A stretch of DNA of 64,000 nt from a virus: the IMG/VR virus record IMGVR_UViG_3300033153_007973, positions 1 through 64,000 of that record. One strand, given 5' to 3'. The position numbers and the translations under genes are program-made. Of this stretch, positions 18,017 to 27,110 are shown piece after piece (the first letter of the stretch is position 1; every line of letters begins with the position of its first letter). The notes beneath the pieces were generated by a model that saw only the letters and a list, made by a program, of their open reading frames with translations, had not been told where the DNA came from and made no database searches.

Positions 18017-18192
18017 GGCATATAGAATATTTCCTCGTCCTGATCGGTGGTGTGTTCACCATTGACGTAGAAACCATCATTCCCCGCTTTGACAGTAATC
18101 TTCTTACCACAGTTGGGACATTTGGTGTCCTCTGGAGGTGTAAAGATTATTAGCTCTTCGCCGTATTCTTCGTCCAGTTTCTTAACTGCCAT
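17980..18192 (-). CDS. small zinc-ribbon protein
   Basis: CPNCGKK...CCNHE. Confidence 0.4.
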   Translation of the reverse strand: MAVKKLDEEYGEELIIFTPPEDTKCPNCGKKITVKAGNDGFYVNGEHTTDQDEEIFYMPCCNHEAVIREE

Positions 18193-18300
18193 ATTTTCCT
18201 CCTATTCCCAAATCTTATATACTATAAACTGCAGAATACCTAATCCAATTATTACTGGAATCATCCATTTATACTTTATTGTGTCAATCATTATTCTCTC

Positions 18301-18831
18301 CTATATGATTTTCTTGTTGAAGAACTTGTATGCTTCTTGGTGTCGCCATTTGCTGATGGCCTTATAATACTCTTGTCGTCCTTTATGAGTGATAATTGTT
18401 ACCGGATACTTCTTGATCTTGTTCTCGCACCACAGTAAGAGCAAGCGACCGGTTCGGCCATTTCCATCCACAAATGGATGTGTTACTTCGAATGCATAGT
18501 GTACATTCATGCAGTCAATTGGCTTCTTTACTTCGTTGGCTGCCTTCACTACTCTCTCCAGCATACCAAGAATCTTGGTAGGAGGCGGACAGCTAAAGCC
18601 TCCTACTCTAACAGCAACAGGTCTGATAAGTCCTGTATAATGAGGAGGTAAGATCCCTTTCATCATGGTCTTATGCCAGTTAAGGATGTCCTGAATTATC
18701 AGGTTTTTCTTGGTTGTCAATGCTTTTGCTGCAGCTTTTAAGTGTTGGTCGAACTCCGGTGTTCCTGGATCCTCAAAGATGTCCTCGATAGCATTTGACT
18801 CACTAACTAGTTCTTCTATTCTGTTTTCCAC
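18301..18831 (-). CDS. Fic/Doc-family protein (AMPylation-type Fic domain)
   Basis: HPFVDGNGRTGRLLL matches the Fic motif HxFx(D/E)GNGRxxR. N-terminal SNAIED resembles the (S/T)xxxE(G/N) inhibitory helix. Confidence 0.8.
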   Translation of the reverse strand: MENRIEELVSESNAIEDIFEDPGTPEFDQHLKAAAKALTTKKNLIIQDILNWHKTMMKGILPPHYTGLIRPVAVRVGGFSCPPPTKILGMLERVVKAANEVKKPIDCMNVHYAFEVTHPFVDGNGRTGRLLLLWCENKIKKYPVTIITHKGRQEYYKAISKWRHQEAYKFFNKKII

Positions 18832-19196
18832 TTGTTACTCCTTAGTCTTTTTATATGGGTCAAATAGTTCATCTATACTGAATTTTCTCGACTTATGCTG
18901 CTTTCGTTTTGGCCGCTATTCTTGATATATGCTTTCTTCATCTTCTTTGTTATCTTATCTGACATATGCTACTCCTTCTTGATTATGAAACTAGTTCCTA
19001 CCATTACACTTTGCTCAATTTCTCTTCTTAGCCTTCTCAGCTTTAGGAAACTGAACATATATCGGAATTTAGGTATCTTGATGACGATAGTGTTATTTTC
19101 TCCTGGTTCTATTTTATACCAGTTGAAACCAAGGAATAACATGATTTGTTCATAATCATATATACTAACTAATGTTCTTAACATCTGTTACTCCTT

Positions 19197-19268
19197 TCGG
19201 GGTGAGAGGGATCGAACCTCCGATCTCTGCGTCCCAAACGCAGCGCCCTACCGCTAGGCTACACCCCG
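19197..19268 (-). tRNA. tRNA-Pro (TGG)
   Basis: Acceptor CGGGGTG/CACCCCG; D-arm GCCT/GGGC; anticodon stem CTGCG/CGCAG with loop TTTGGGA; T-arm GGAGG-TTCGATC-CCTCT. Its 5-prime end overlaps the last codons of the HNH gene. Confidence 0.7.
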
Positions 19269-19753
19269 TTTTTCATGTAGTGCTCTTCTGCATGACAGTT
19301 TCTGCAGAGCACTTCTAAATTTCTCAATCTGTTATCCTTTCTGTTTCTGTTCTTATGATGTACTTCTAATGCTGATACACACTTCTTATATGAGCATTTG
19401 CTGCATTCCTTCCCATAGTGGTCGAATGCTTTCTGTCGATAACCCCCACTATCTTCACGGTAGTTTGGGTGTTTCTTTCCAAAGTACAATGTATTTCTAT
19501 GAGCATTCGAACAAGATCTACCGCAGAAGCTCTTGCCGCTTTTAGATCTCTTCAGTTGACTTGGTTTGGCATAGAATTCTTTGCTGCACCAAGCACACTT
19601 AACTTCTTTTCCTTTCAGCCTGGATGCTTTAATACATTCTTTGGAGCAATAGTTCTTGTGTCCAAGCCATTGATTTTGTTGATGATACTTAATGTATTTC
19701 TCATAGGTCTTGCCACATTGTGCACATTTGACGGTTACATTTTTATGTCTCAT
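19259..19753 (-). CDS. HNH homing endonuclease with zinc fingers
   Basis: EVHHKNRNRKDNRLRNLEVLCRNCH HNH motif and several CxxC pairs. Confidence 0.7.
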   Translation of the reverse strand: MRHKNVTVKCAQCGKTYEKYIKYHQQNQWLGHKNYCSKECIKASRLKGKEVKCAWCSKEFYAKPSQLKRSKSGKSFCGRSCSNAHRNTLYFGKKHPNYREDSGGYRQKAFDHYGKECSKCSYKKCVSALEVHHKNRNRKDNRLRNLEVLCRNCHAEEHYMKNGV

Positions 19754-19837
19754 GTACCTATTGTATCATGATATCTGCTTTCCGTCAACCATCCCAAAGC
19801 AGGCGTCCTAGACCAGGCTAGACCATCTCCCGTTGTA

Positions 19838-20137
19838 TTATTTATCCCATACTATGTTCTTGATCCGCTTACATTCCCCTACTTTTAGTTTAGGTCCGAA
19901 CGATTTCGGCCATCCATAAAAGCTTGTTTCCCATTCTGATTTTAGGAACATGAAATGTGGATCATATTCATCATAATAGATATTGCGCCAGCCTTTTGGG
20001 TTCATTGCGATAGTAGTATATGGTAACGGATTATTATCGTCGCCGTTTCTGCCTACCCATAAACCTGCTTTCATTTTTGACAATATGATCTCCTTTTTGT
20101 CTATGGCAAATCCCGTTTTCTGCCACACCACGTACAT
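19838..20137 (-). CDS. hypothetical protein
   Basis: 99-aa track ORF. Confidence 0.35.
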   Translation of the reverse strand: MYVVWQKTGFAIDKKEIILSKMKAGLWVGRNGDDNNPLPYTTIAMNPKGWRNIYYDEYDPHFMFLKSEWETSFYGWPKSFGPKLKVGECKRIKNIVWDK

Positions 20138-20219
20138 CTTGTTCTTACCCCTTTTCGGTATCCCAAGAGGAATACAATTATACTATATGTTGATAGTCCA
20201 ATTGCTATCAACATAATGC

Positions 20220-20477
20220 TCATGTATTCCTCCTGGTGTTCAGTTGTTTTATCGTAACTGGTTTATTATCCTTTTCTAAGAATGCTTTCATGCATTCTGG
20301 GCATAGAGACATGGATCCTTTCTTTTTGTATCCTTCGCTTGCCTTCTTCTCTGTAATGATAACCGATGGTTTATTCTTGCATCTCTTCATAGAAGGAATA
20401 CCTAAAGTTATAAATGAATACTTTCTTGACTCGGCCTGACATCGTGTTTTATCCGGTGGTATAAGTTTCTCCGTCAT
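20220..20477 (-). CDS. hypothetical protein
   Basis: 85-aa track ORF with a CPECMK motif. Confidence 0.35.
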   Translation of the reverse strand: MTEKLIPPDKTRCQAESRKYSFITLGIPSMKRCKNKPSVIITEKKASEGYKKKGSMSLCPECMKAFLEKDNKPVTIKQLNTRRNT

Positions 20478-20686
20478 GGTGCAATTCCTTCATCCCACAT
20501 ATATGTATCTGGTCCATCTTCACCATCACTATATTCTTTTACCCATTTCTTATATGCTTCATTACTTCTCATTAAAGCTCTGACAACCTGATCGATGACC
20601 CACATCTTATGGTGTCCTCCATCAAAGCCTCCATTATCATATATCATATCCATAGCTTCCTTAATTCTTTCTTCTGGTGTTTTCAT
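20474..20686 (-). CDS. hypothetical protein
   Basis: 70-aa track ORF with start/stop overlap to its neighbours. Confidence 0.35.
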   Translation of the reverse strand: MKTPEERIKEAMDMIYDNGGFDGGHHKMWVIDQVVRALMRSNEAYKKWVKEYSDGEDGPDTYMWDEGIAP

Positions 20687-20687
20687 C

Positions 20688-20942
20688 TTATTCTTCCTTG
20701 ATGGCTTTGATGAGAGCTTTTTCTATTGCTATCTCATCATCACCAAATGGGCATCCGAACTCAATATTTCTTAATGCTATATCCATGAGTTTCAGTATTC
20801 GGTCTTGTTCTTCATTCTTTCCATCCTTCTTTCCATATCTGTATCCGTATGCCTCGTTGAGTTTTCTATCCTTCTTTAGATCACCGAGTGTCATATCCGT
20901 GACCTGAAGATTGTTTAACTCTGCTTCTTTGGGACTATCCAT
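20688..20942 (-). CDS. hypothetical protein
   Basis: 84-aa track ORF. Confidence 0.35.
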   Translation of the reverse strand: MDSPKEAELNNLQVTDMTLGDLKKDRKLNEAYGYRYGKKDGKNEEQDRILKLMDIALRNIEFGCPFGDDEIAIEKALIKAIKEE

Positions 20943-20955
20943 CTTATTCTCCTTT

Positions 20956-21027
20956 GAGCCGGGAACTGGACACGATCCAGCAACCTACTGCTTACAGGGC
21001 AGTCGCTCTACCATTGAGCTATCCCGG
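20956..21027 (-). tRNA. tRNA-Thr (TGT)
   Basis: Acceptor GCCGGGA/TCCCGGC perfect; D-arm GCTC/GAGC; anticodon stem ACTGC/GCAGT with loop CCTGTAA; T-loop ATCGTGT (A54/T58 variant). Confidence 0.6.
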
Positions 21028-21226
21028 CGAAATTGTTACTTCTTCGGCTTTACATCTACCCATTCGTTACCATGTTTAATACGGATAGTGGTATTGAGTT
21101 TGTTTGCGCTCCTCTGGGCACGTGCTAACTTGTTCTTGTATGTTCTTTCTCTCTTTTCTTCTTCTGTGTATGTATTGCTTCTGGTCTTTTCGCCTGACAT
21201 TTTATTACTCCTTATTCTTTTGTTTA

Positions 21227-21299
21227 AGCCAACGGCAGGGATCGAACCTGCGTACTCCTCTTTACGGGAGAGGCGCTATTCCATCTTAGCTACGCTGGC
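21227..21299 (-). tRNA. tRNA-Thr (CGT), with unusual C33
   Basis: Acceptor GCCAGCG/CGTTGGC (one G-U); D-arm GCTA/TAGC; anticodon stem CCTCT/AGAGG with loop CCCGTAA; T-arm GCAGG-TTCGATC-CCTGC. Confidence 0.5.
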
Positions 21300-21438
21300 G
21301 AATTGCACTACCTTGTAGTGGGGCTACAGGTAGTGCGTCGCCAGCTCGGTTGTGGTGTGCGGAACTGAGTTGGGGAGGTATTGCAGCTGTTCGTGGATTC
21401 GAACATCTGACCATAGTATAGCATCCCCTCCCAGAATG

Positions 21439-21783
21439 TCAACTATTTCTTCCTAAATATTTTATGCCGTATTCTGTACTATGTTTTCGGTATCCCCATA
21501 GACCAGAAATGATACCATGATCGATAATTGAGTTTCTGAGTAGATGCGAGAAATCAGATGGTAACATATAATATTCTGTTTCTGTAGCTACATCTTTGAG
21601 GAAGCGACCGCGTGGTCTGGCGAATCGCATCGTTGCTTCAAATGTTCCTGAGCGCCACTCAATATCTGGACTATGTAGATTACTGTGGTACTCGCTCATA
21701 ATCATTCTGTTCTCGTTTGTATTAAATGGAACTCTCTTGTCCCAGGCCATTACTTCTCTCCTTCTGTACCACAGTAGCTGCAC
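21439..21783 (-). CDS. hypothetical protein
   Basis: 114-aa track ORF. Confidence 0.35.
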   Translation of the reverse strand: MQLLWYRRREVMAWDKRVPFNTNENRMIMSEYHSNLHSPDIEWRSGTFEATMRFARPRGRFLKDVATETEYYMLPSDFSHLLRNSIIDHGIISGLWGYRKHSTEYGIKYLGRNS

Positions 21784-22130
21784 TTTCCTCCGTCGGCAGC
21801 ACCTCTACCATTACACATGACACAGTCACCATCTACTGTATTATGTTGTCTTCGGGCAACCCTCATCAGGATAAGATACCCGATGAGATCTTGCTCAGTG
21901 TCTTCATGAATAGCCACTTCTGGCATATTCTTGATGTTCTGGATGCGCTTAAGCTTATCGTCAATCCTTACATCTATCTGCTCTTCAGCGCTAAGGGATG
22001 AGAAGACATTTATGGGCTCCAGCGCACTGTTGCCATATTCTTTGTTCTTCGCGAGTAGGAGGTTCTTCACCATGTCGCATTCCTCGACAATCATCTTTTG
22101 TACTCTTGTCAGTTCTTCTTCTTCTGGCAT
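21750..22130 (-). CDS. hypothetical protein with C-terminal zinc ribbon
   Basis: Track ORF with a CVMCNG...CSYCG motif. Overlaps the next ORF, so the true start may lie further in. Confidence 0.35.
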   Translation of the reverse strand: MPEEEELTRVQKMIVEECDMVKNLLLAKNKEYGNSALEPINVFSSLSAEEQIDVRIDDKLKRIQNIKNMPEVAIHEDTEQDLIGYLILMRVARRQHNTVDGDCVMCNGRGAADGGKCSYCGTEGEK

Positions 22131-22485
22131 ATGATATATCTCCTATTAGTTTTGATCCCTCGAGCTTGTATATTTCACCTTTCTCTATCCTGAGGTGACC
22201 ATACTTATACTTGTCATACCTGACCAGGAATTCTGGATGTCTACTGTGATATGTATTCTTCTCCTTCTTGCATGGAATATGTTCTTCGAATCCATATGAT
22301 TTAGACCAGTGTATCCATTTGCCTGTTGTTACGAATGTAGCTTCGATGCCGCGGAGACGTGCACGTCCGATATATACTCCTGGATCTAGATAATCGTATC
22401 TATGGTGCCATAATCCGGGCCAGGGTGGTCTTACCATATCTTCCTCAGCATTTTGTTTACCTTCCTTAGGATTGGATCTACCCAC
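21991..22485 (-). CDS. hypothetical protein
   Basis: 164-aa track ORF; its 3-prime end overlaps the 21750..22130 ORF. Confidence 0.35.
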   Translation of the reverse strand: MGRSNPKEGKQNAEEDMVRPPWPGLWHHRYDYLDPGVYIGRARLRGIEATFVTTGKWIHWSKSYGFEEHIPCKKEKNTYHSRHPEFLVRYDKYKYGHLRIEKGEIYKLEGSKLIGDISYARRRRTDKSTKDDCRGMRHGEEPPTREEQRIWQQCAGAHKCLLIP

Positions 22486-22664
22486 TTACCTTCTACTGCA
22501 AAGCTGATCCATCCCCGGGTAGCTATAATGATTAGGAATAGTAATGTTGTATCTCCTACTCCGATAGCCCATGAGGTAAACATGAATATCATGTATATAA
22601 GTAATATCTTAAGCATCATATTAAGGATCATATTACCCCCTTGGTCTGACGCAGGATCGTTCAC
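22431..22664 (-). CDS. small membrane protein
   Basis: Hydrophobic ILLIYMIFMFTSWAIG. Confidence 0.35.
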   Translation of the reverse strand: MNDPASDQGGNMILNMMLKILLIYMIFMFTSWAIGVGDTTLLFLIIIATRGWISFAVEGKWVDPILRKVNKMLRKIW

Positions 22665-22944
22665 AGTTGGGACATTGTATTAGGTGTCCGATATATCGAT
22701 TCTTTCTATCGAGTTTGACCCAGTCGTTACAGTCGGCATGTTTGATCTTGCCAAAGACATTCCATTCCCATTTGCAGGAGTTGCATGTGAAAAGAGTTCC
22801 GCGGCCGAAGAATCGTGCAGTATCTCTAAGGAATTTGTTGATATCTACTTTGTCCCAGGTTCGATTAAATGAGAATCCTTCATTAAGTTTCTTCTTGATG
22901 TATTTGCTTAGCCAGCTCATATTTTCCTCTTTTCTTCTTGACAT
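22633..22944 (-). CDS. hypothetical zinc-binding protein
   Basis: CNSCKW...CPNCERSC. Confidence 0.35.
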   Translation of the reverse strand: MSRRKEENMSWLSKYIKKKLNEGFSFNRTWDKVDINKFLRDTARFFGRGTLFTCNSCKWEWNVFGKIKHADCNDWVKLDRKNRYIGHLIQCPNCERSCVRPRG

Positions 22945-22997
22945 TCTGAGGATATATCATACATCTATGGTATCTTGTTCTTAAGGGGGTCTTTATC

Positions 22998-23450
22998 ATG
23001 ACTATTAACAACGTAAGTCTTGAGTATGCCGCCGGTTTTTTCGATGCAGATGGTGTAGTAGCTCTTCACCGTTGGAGAGAGGGTTGCTGGCGAGCGCCCG
23101 TGATCCGGTTCTCGAATATCTGTAAAGCTACTCTGCAAAAGATCCAGGCGGCTGCAGGGGAGAAGAGCTATTTGTCTGTCCAATCTGGATGCGATAAGAA
23201 ACGGCATCATAGCAAGCGTTATTACCTGGAGTTTTCGTATCATTCGGCTATTCGCTTTGCTGTTAAGCTTCTGAAGTATTCACATCATCCTCAAAAGCGT
23301 AAGCAACTTGACCTCGTAGCTAATAAGTATCTCGAGGTGACTTCTAGGGGTGGAAGCTATACACCCTCTATGCGCAAGGCCAAAGAACGATTTGAATCAA
23401 AGTTCCAAGCTATCCGCGTCTCTGCCAGCACTAAGCGTTGGTCATCCTGA
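22998..23450 (+). CDS. LAGLIDADG-family homing endonuclease (free-standing, opposite strand)
   Basis: EYAAGFFDADGVV is a LAGLIDADG-type motif. It is the only plus-strand gene within the minus-strand block. Confidence 0.6.
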   Translation: MTINNVSLEYAAGFFDADGVVALHRWREGCWRAPVIRFSNICKATLQKIQAAAGEKSYLSVQSGCDKKRHHSKRYYLEFSYHSAIRFAVKLLKYSHHPQKRKQLDLVANKYLEVTSRGGSYTPSMRKAKERFESKFQAIRVSASTKRWSS

Positions 23451-23485
23451 CCAGTAACTCCAATAGAGGCGAAGCGCTGGGCTTC

Positions 23486-23854
23486 TTAGTCGTAATAGTC
23501 TTCTTCTACTGCGTAGTAGTCTTTGTCTGATGCTTCTGTATTAGTAGAAGCTACGACTTCTACTCTGGCAAGAGCTCGTTTATTCTTGTAGTATCTCATA
23601 AGATTATTCTTTATGAGGAGATCTTCTTGAGACAGCTCTTGCTTAGCAATAGGTTTGATCTGACCTAAACTGCGTTCGTTAGCGAGAGGAGTGCTTGTTT
23701 GAGTGGAGTCAATGACTTCAGATACAGCTTTGGTCTTGCGATGATCTTCGATTGTTTTGTTCTTGTCTTTCTTATCGTCATCATTATTAAGAAGGAAGAA
23801 GAACACACCTGGGAGGATTAACAACCATGGGATTCCTGAGCTATCATCGGACAT
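23486..23854 (-). CDS. hypothetical membrane-anchored protein
   Basis: N-terminal TM WLLILPGVFFFLL; acidic C-terminus. Confidence 0.35.
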   Translation of the reverse strand: MSDDSSGIPWLLILPGVFFFLLNNDDDKKDKNKTIEDHRKTKAVSEVIDSTQTSTPLANERSLGQIKPIAKQELSQEDLLIKNNLMRYYKNKRALARVEVVASTNTEASDKDYYAVEEDYYD

Positions 23855-23881
23855 CTTAATCTCCTTATCTTATATGATATG

Positions 23882-23954
23882 CTCCCCAGGAGAGACTCGA
23901 ACTCTCAACCTACTGGTTAACAGCCAGTTGCTCTACCAATTGAGCTACCGGGGA
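23882..23954 (-). tRNA. tRNA-Asn (GTT)
   Basis: Acceptor TCCCCGG/CTGGGGA (one G-U); D-arm GCTC/GAGC; anticodon stem ACTGG/CCAGT with loop CTGTTAA; T-arm GAGAG-TTCGAGT-CTCTC. Confidence 0.7.
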
Positions 23955-24491
23955 ATAAGATGATTAACTGTGCCGAGTGTCGTTGGCAGACAACGCTCAT
24001 CAGGGTTTGTTCGCTGCCGCGACCCTGACCATCATAATACAACCAATCTGTCGTATATACGAGAGACACAGTTAATCATTTTGGACCCGGCGGCATCGAA
24101 GCCGCGTCCGCGATCTTTTCCCCTCAGAAAGTTTACTACCATTGGGAGCGAGCAAGCTCGCACGTTCCACCATCCCTTATTTAGCGACTAGGGAAGTCGT
24201 AACGAGTCCCTTTCGGGAGTAACTCCCTTCAGTGCGTGCCTCCCCGGGTACAGAAGGGTACTCTTGCCGGTTCAGCCCTGCACTCTTAAGCGCAGGCAAC
24301 GTTCTGGTTCATGGAACCGAAGTTCCCGACCAGAATCGTGTCGTTGGCGTTAGTTTCGTCAACTTTGGTTTGAATCCTCAGTTTTATGACTTAAGCATTC
24401 TTAGGTCAGGTAGCTTTCTTTGTTTACTAGAACCGCGTCGAAACCAATTTCGGGCCCTGATGTTACTAAACTACTTTATTAATGCCTCCTT

Positions 24492-24674
24492 TTACATGCA
24501 ACATTTAGAATCATCGAGCTTTAAGACATAGCGTCTTCTTAGTTTTCTAAGGGTACTAATCCTTTTACATGCAGGACAGGTAACAGTAGTTCTATTACCT
24601 GCAGTGCGCCAGATGTTGCCACATTTACACTTTACTGTTAGTAGGTCTCCCATTGCCGAATCCTGTCTTATCAC
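24492..24674 (-). CDS. small zinc-ribbon protein
   Basis: CKCGN...CPACKR. Confidence 0.35.
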   Translation of the reverse strand: MIRQDSAMGDLLTVKCKCGNIWRTAGNRTTVTCPACKRISTLRKLRRRYVLKLDDSKCCM

Positions 24675-24891
24675 AGATAGTATGTCTTAGTGCTTCGAAG
24701 AGATCTAATGCTTTCTCTTCATCTAAAGTGTCATACTGTAGCAGCATGTCACTTTCATCTGCATCAACAATGCTGCCAGTTTCATACTCTTCCGCATGTT
24801 CTCCCTGTTCTTCGTCAGTTTCATACCGAGTTAGGGTTATTGAGATCCGGATCCGTTCCTTCGTGTTTTCTGCCATCGTCATTCTCCTCAT
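24625..24891 (-). CDS. small highly acidic protein
   Basis: 88 aa, very D/E rich (TDEEQGEHAEEYETGSIVDADESDMLLQYDTLDEE). Confidence 0.4.
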   Translation of the reverse strand: MRRMTMAENTKERIRISITLTRYETDEEQGEHAEEYETGSIVDADESDMLLQYDTLDEEKALDLFEALRHTICDKTGFGNGRPTNSKV

Positions 24892-25077
24892 TGAGGTGCT
24901 TCCCCTTCTCTATGGGAGTCTTCTCTTTGGCAGGACACTCAATGCCTGAGGAGGTAAATGTTATTATGAATGCGACCGTTACTACGATAGCTATTAGTAT
25001 GAACGGTATACTCATAACTGCAGTTGCCTCTCGTTGGAGTCTCCTATCTATTCTTTTATGATAAATTGTTTGCGTCA

Positions 25078-25659
25078 TCATTTCTTCTTCTTCTCTTTCC
25101 AGCTTTTTATGTTCCTCTTTGCATGAAGGAAGTCCATTTTTAGTATGCATTCTTGATTCTCCACATCCACGATCTCTATGAGCTCGGGATTATTTATTGT
25201 TATTGTTTCGGCAGGACCTGTTATATTATTGTAGATCCTGATCTCTACTTTAGGGCAGGCATTTGCTTTAGCCATGCCTTCCATCTTACCATTGCCCCAT
25301 TTCTGCCATTCCTTACCAATCTTAAGAGCAGATGCAATCTCTGCTATATGAGAATTGATCCAGTCCCCTGGTCTTCCTTCTCGTATCTCTAGCTCTGTAA
25401 GATGCTTTATGGCTGCAGCTGTGCTGCGTTCTATCTCTGCCATACGTTGCATTCGTGCAAGATGTTCAGCATCGTTAGTCGCAACGCCAATGGACTTGCT
25501 TATGCTAGTCATGGCTTCGCGATCTGTCATCTTGTTATCTTTTGTATTGCGAGCAGCATATATCATGCCTAAGATAGTAAAGATACAGATTCCAGCGATA
25601 AAGAGATTTGATATCAGCCCGTCGCGAGCTTCTTTGCTTTCTTTCTGTCTGTTCGCCAT
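25078..25659 (-). CDS. hypothetical membrane protein
   Basis: TM LISNLFIAGICIFTILGMIY; 193 aa. Confidence 0.4.
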   Translation of the reverse strand: MANRQKESKEARDGLISNLFIAGICIFTILGMIYAARNTKDNKMTDREAMTSISKSIGVATNDAEHLARMQRMAEIERSTAAAIKHLTELEIREGRPGDWINSHIAEIASALKIGKEWQKWGNGKMEGMAKANACPKVEIRIYNNITGPAETITINNPELIEIVDVENQECILKMDFLHAKRNIKSWKEKKKK

Positions 25660-26342
25660 ATTTCTCCTCGTGTTTTGGCTACAGTTTGAGCAAGTTTTAC
25701 GTACTCATTTCGTCCATCCTGAAAGCAGCCACTATTGATTACCTTAACTGATCCCATTTGTTTTACAAATGGTTTTTCGTGTGTATGTCCGTAGACTATG
25801 ATGTCTAATCGGTTGCCCTTTGCAAATTTATAAGCTTTATCTCTGAATGGTGTGTAATCTTTGTCGAGTCCACTGGATAGTTCCTTGCCCTTCTTCCAGC
25901 CAATTGCCATTTCGATTGGTTTCCATATCCATCTGACTGCCCATTTACATGCTTTCTTCTTGAGTCCGCGGTACTCGAGAGTAGGATCATGAATGATACC
26001 GACCTTTAGATCACCCCAAATAATGATTAGAAGATCGATTCCGATTGATAGTCCATCATCAGTATCATCATGGTTTCCATTGATGATCATTTGCTCCATG
26101 GCCCAGCTGGTTTCTTCTGGCCATGCTTTATATATATCTTCTATATCGTATTGCCATGCTTCAAACCAATCGCCACAAATGGTCCAGAACCACTTTTTGC
26201 GTGCTCCTGTCATCATCCATTCTAGACCAGCTTTACTGGCAACAGCATTATCTGCTGAGTCTTTTCCGCCTAAATGAGCATCTGATGCTACATATATAGG
26301 CTTCTTTGGGTCGTACTCTACGATCTTTGTTCGAATCTTCAT
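25614..26342 (-). CDS. calcineurin-like metallophosphoesterase
   Basis: Motifs ICGDWFE, NGNHDD and GHTHEKP are the metallophosphoesterase signature blocks. Confidence 0.7.
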   Translation of the reverse strand: MKIRTKIVEYDPKKPIYVASDAHLGGKDSADNAVASKAGLEWMMTGARKKWFWTICGDWFEAWQYDIEDIYKAWPEETSWAMEQMIINGNHDDTDDGLSIGIDLLIIIWGDLKVGIIHDPTLEYRGLKKKACKWAVRWIWKPIEMAIGWKKGKELSSGLDKDYTPFRDKAYKFAKGNRLDIIVYGHTHEKPFVKQMGSVKVINSGCFQDGRNEYVKLAQTVAKTRGEIWRTDRKKAKKLATG

Positions 26343-26385
26343 TGAGTACCTCCTGAGGTATATTATATACCTTTGGGGTACTGTG

Positions 26386-26778
26386 TCAACCTATCCCGAG
26401 TATTTGTACTGCTTTTGCCAGACCTTCAGGGGTCTTAAGTGTTATTCCATGTCTTTGCAGTCTGGATTGAAGGTCTCGTATTGCTCTTAGTCGCCACTCT
26501 ATATCGTTTCGTACTTGGTCCAGATTATCAATGTCGTTCCTCTGCATGTAAAATCTGATTGTACCTATGTTATTATTGAGATGTTGTGAGATCCTCCTTT
26601 GCAAGGACTTTATCAGGTCACCTTGTGCGATATTGTATAAGTCGATCTTGTAGACAGACTTCGCAAAGTCTGCATATAATCTCCAATCATCAGCGTTGTT
26701 ATCGGTGACAACGTGGAGGTTTTGTATGAATGGAAAGAGGACTTCGTTTATAACTCTGAACTGTTCTTCGTTTGTCAT
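26386..26778 (-). CDS. hypothetical protein
   Basis: 130-aa track ORF. Confidence 0.35.
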   Translation of the reverse strand: MTNEEQFRVINEVLFPFIQNLHVVTDNNADDWRLYADFAKSVYKIDLYNIAQGDLIKSLQRRISQHLNNNIGTIRFYMQRNDIDNLDQVRNDIEWRLRAIRDLQSRLQRHGITLKTPEGLAKAVQILGIG

Positions 26779-27110
26779 GTCATGGCCTCGAATCCTGGTA
26801 GTCTTTCCTTTTGGTCTGCGACAAATGGTTCTATTTCTTCGATAAGTTGTACATTATCGATGCTACTGTGATCCCATGATTCACGTAGTTCTTTAACGTC
26901 TTTGTCTCCTTGTTCGTTTAGTGCCTTCTCGCCTGCTTCTTTCTCGTTTTGTGCTACTACTTCGAATTCAATAGTTCTTTCGACGTTTATATCTACTTGA
27001 TATATCTTTCTTGGAATTGGTCTGAATGCTCTGCATCCCTCACAATCAGGACCATTACAATCGGTATGTTCACATGTTTCTGGTGTCTGTATATCAGAAT
27101 GGAATGTCAT
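26775..27110 (-). CDS. hypothetical Cys-rich protein
   Basis: CEHTDCNGPDCEGC. Confidence 0.35.
   Translation of the reverse strand: MTFHSDIQTPETCEHTDCNGPDCEGCRAFRPIPRKIYQVDINVERTIEFEVVAQNEKEAGEKALNEQGDKDVKELRESWDHSSIDNVQLIEEIEPFVADQKERLPGFEAMT

Noticed and set aside
23955-24500. Possibility that the GC-rich non-coding stretch is a phage tmRNA or group I intron
   Set aside because: I could not find a tRNA-like domain with a matching acceptor, a tag-peptide reading frame, or the conserved P/Q/R/S intron elements by eye. It is kept only as a generic structured-RNA candidate.
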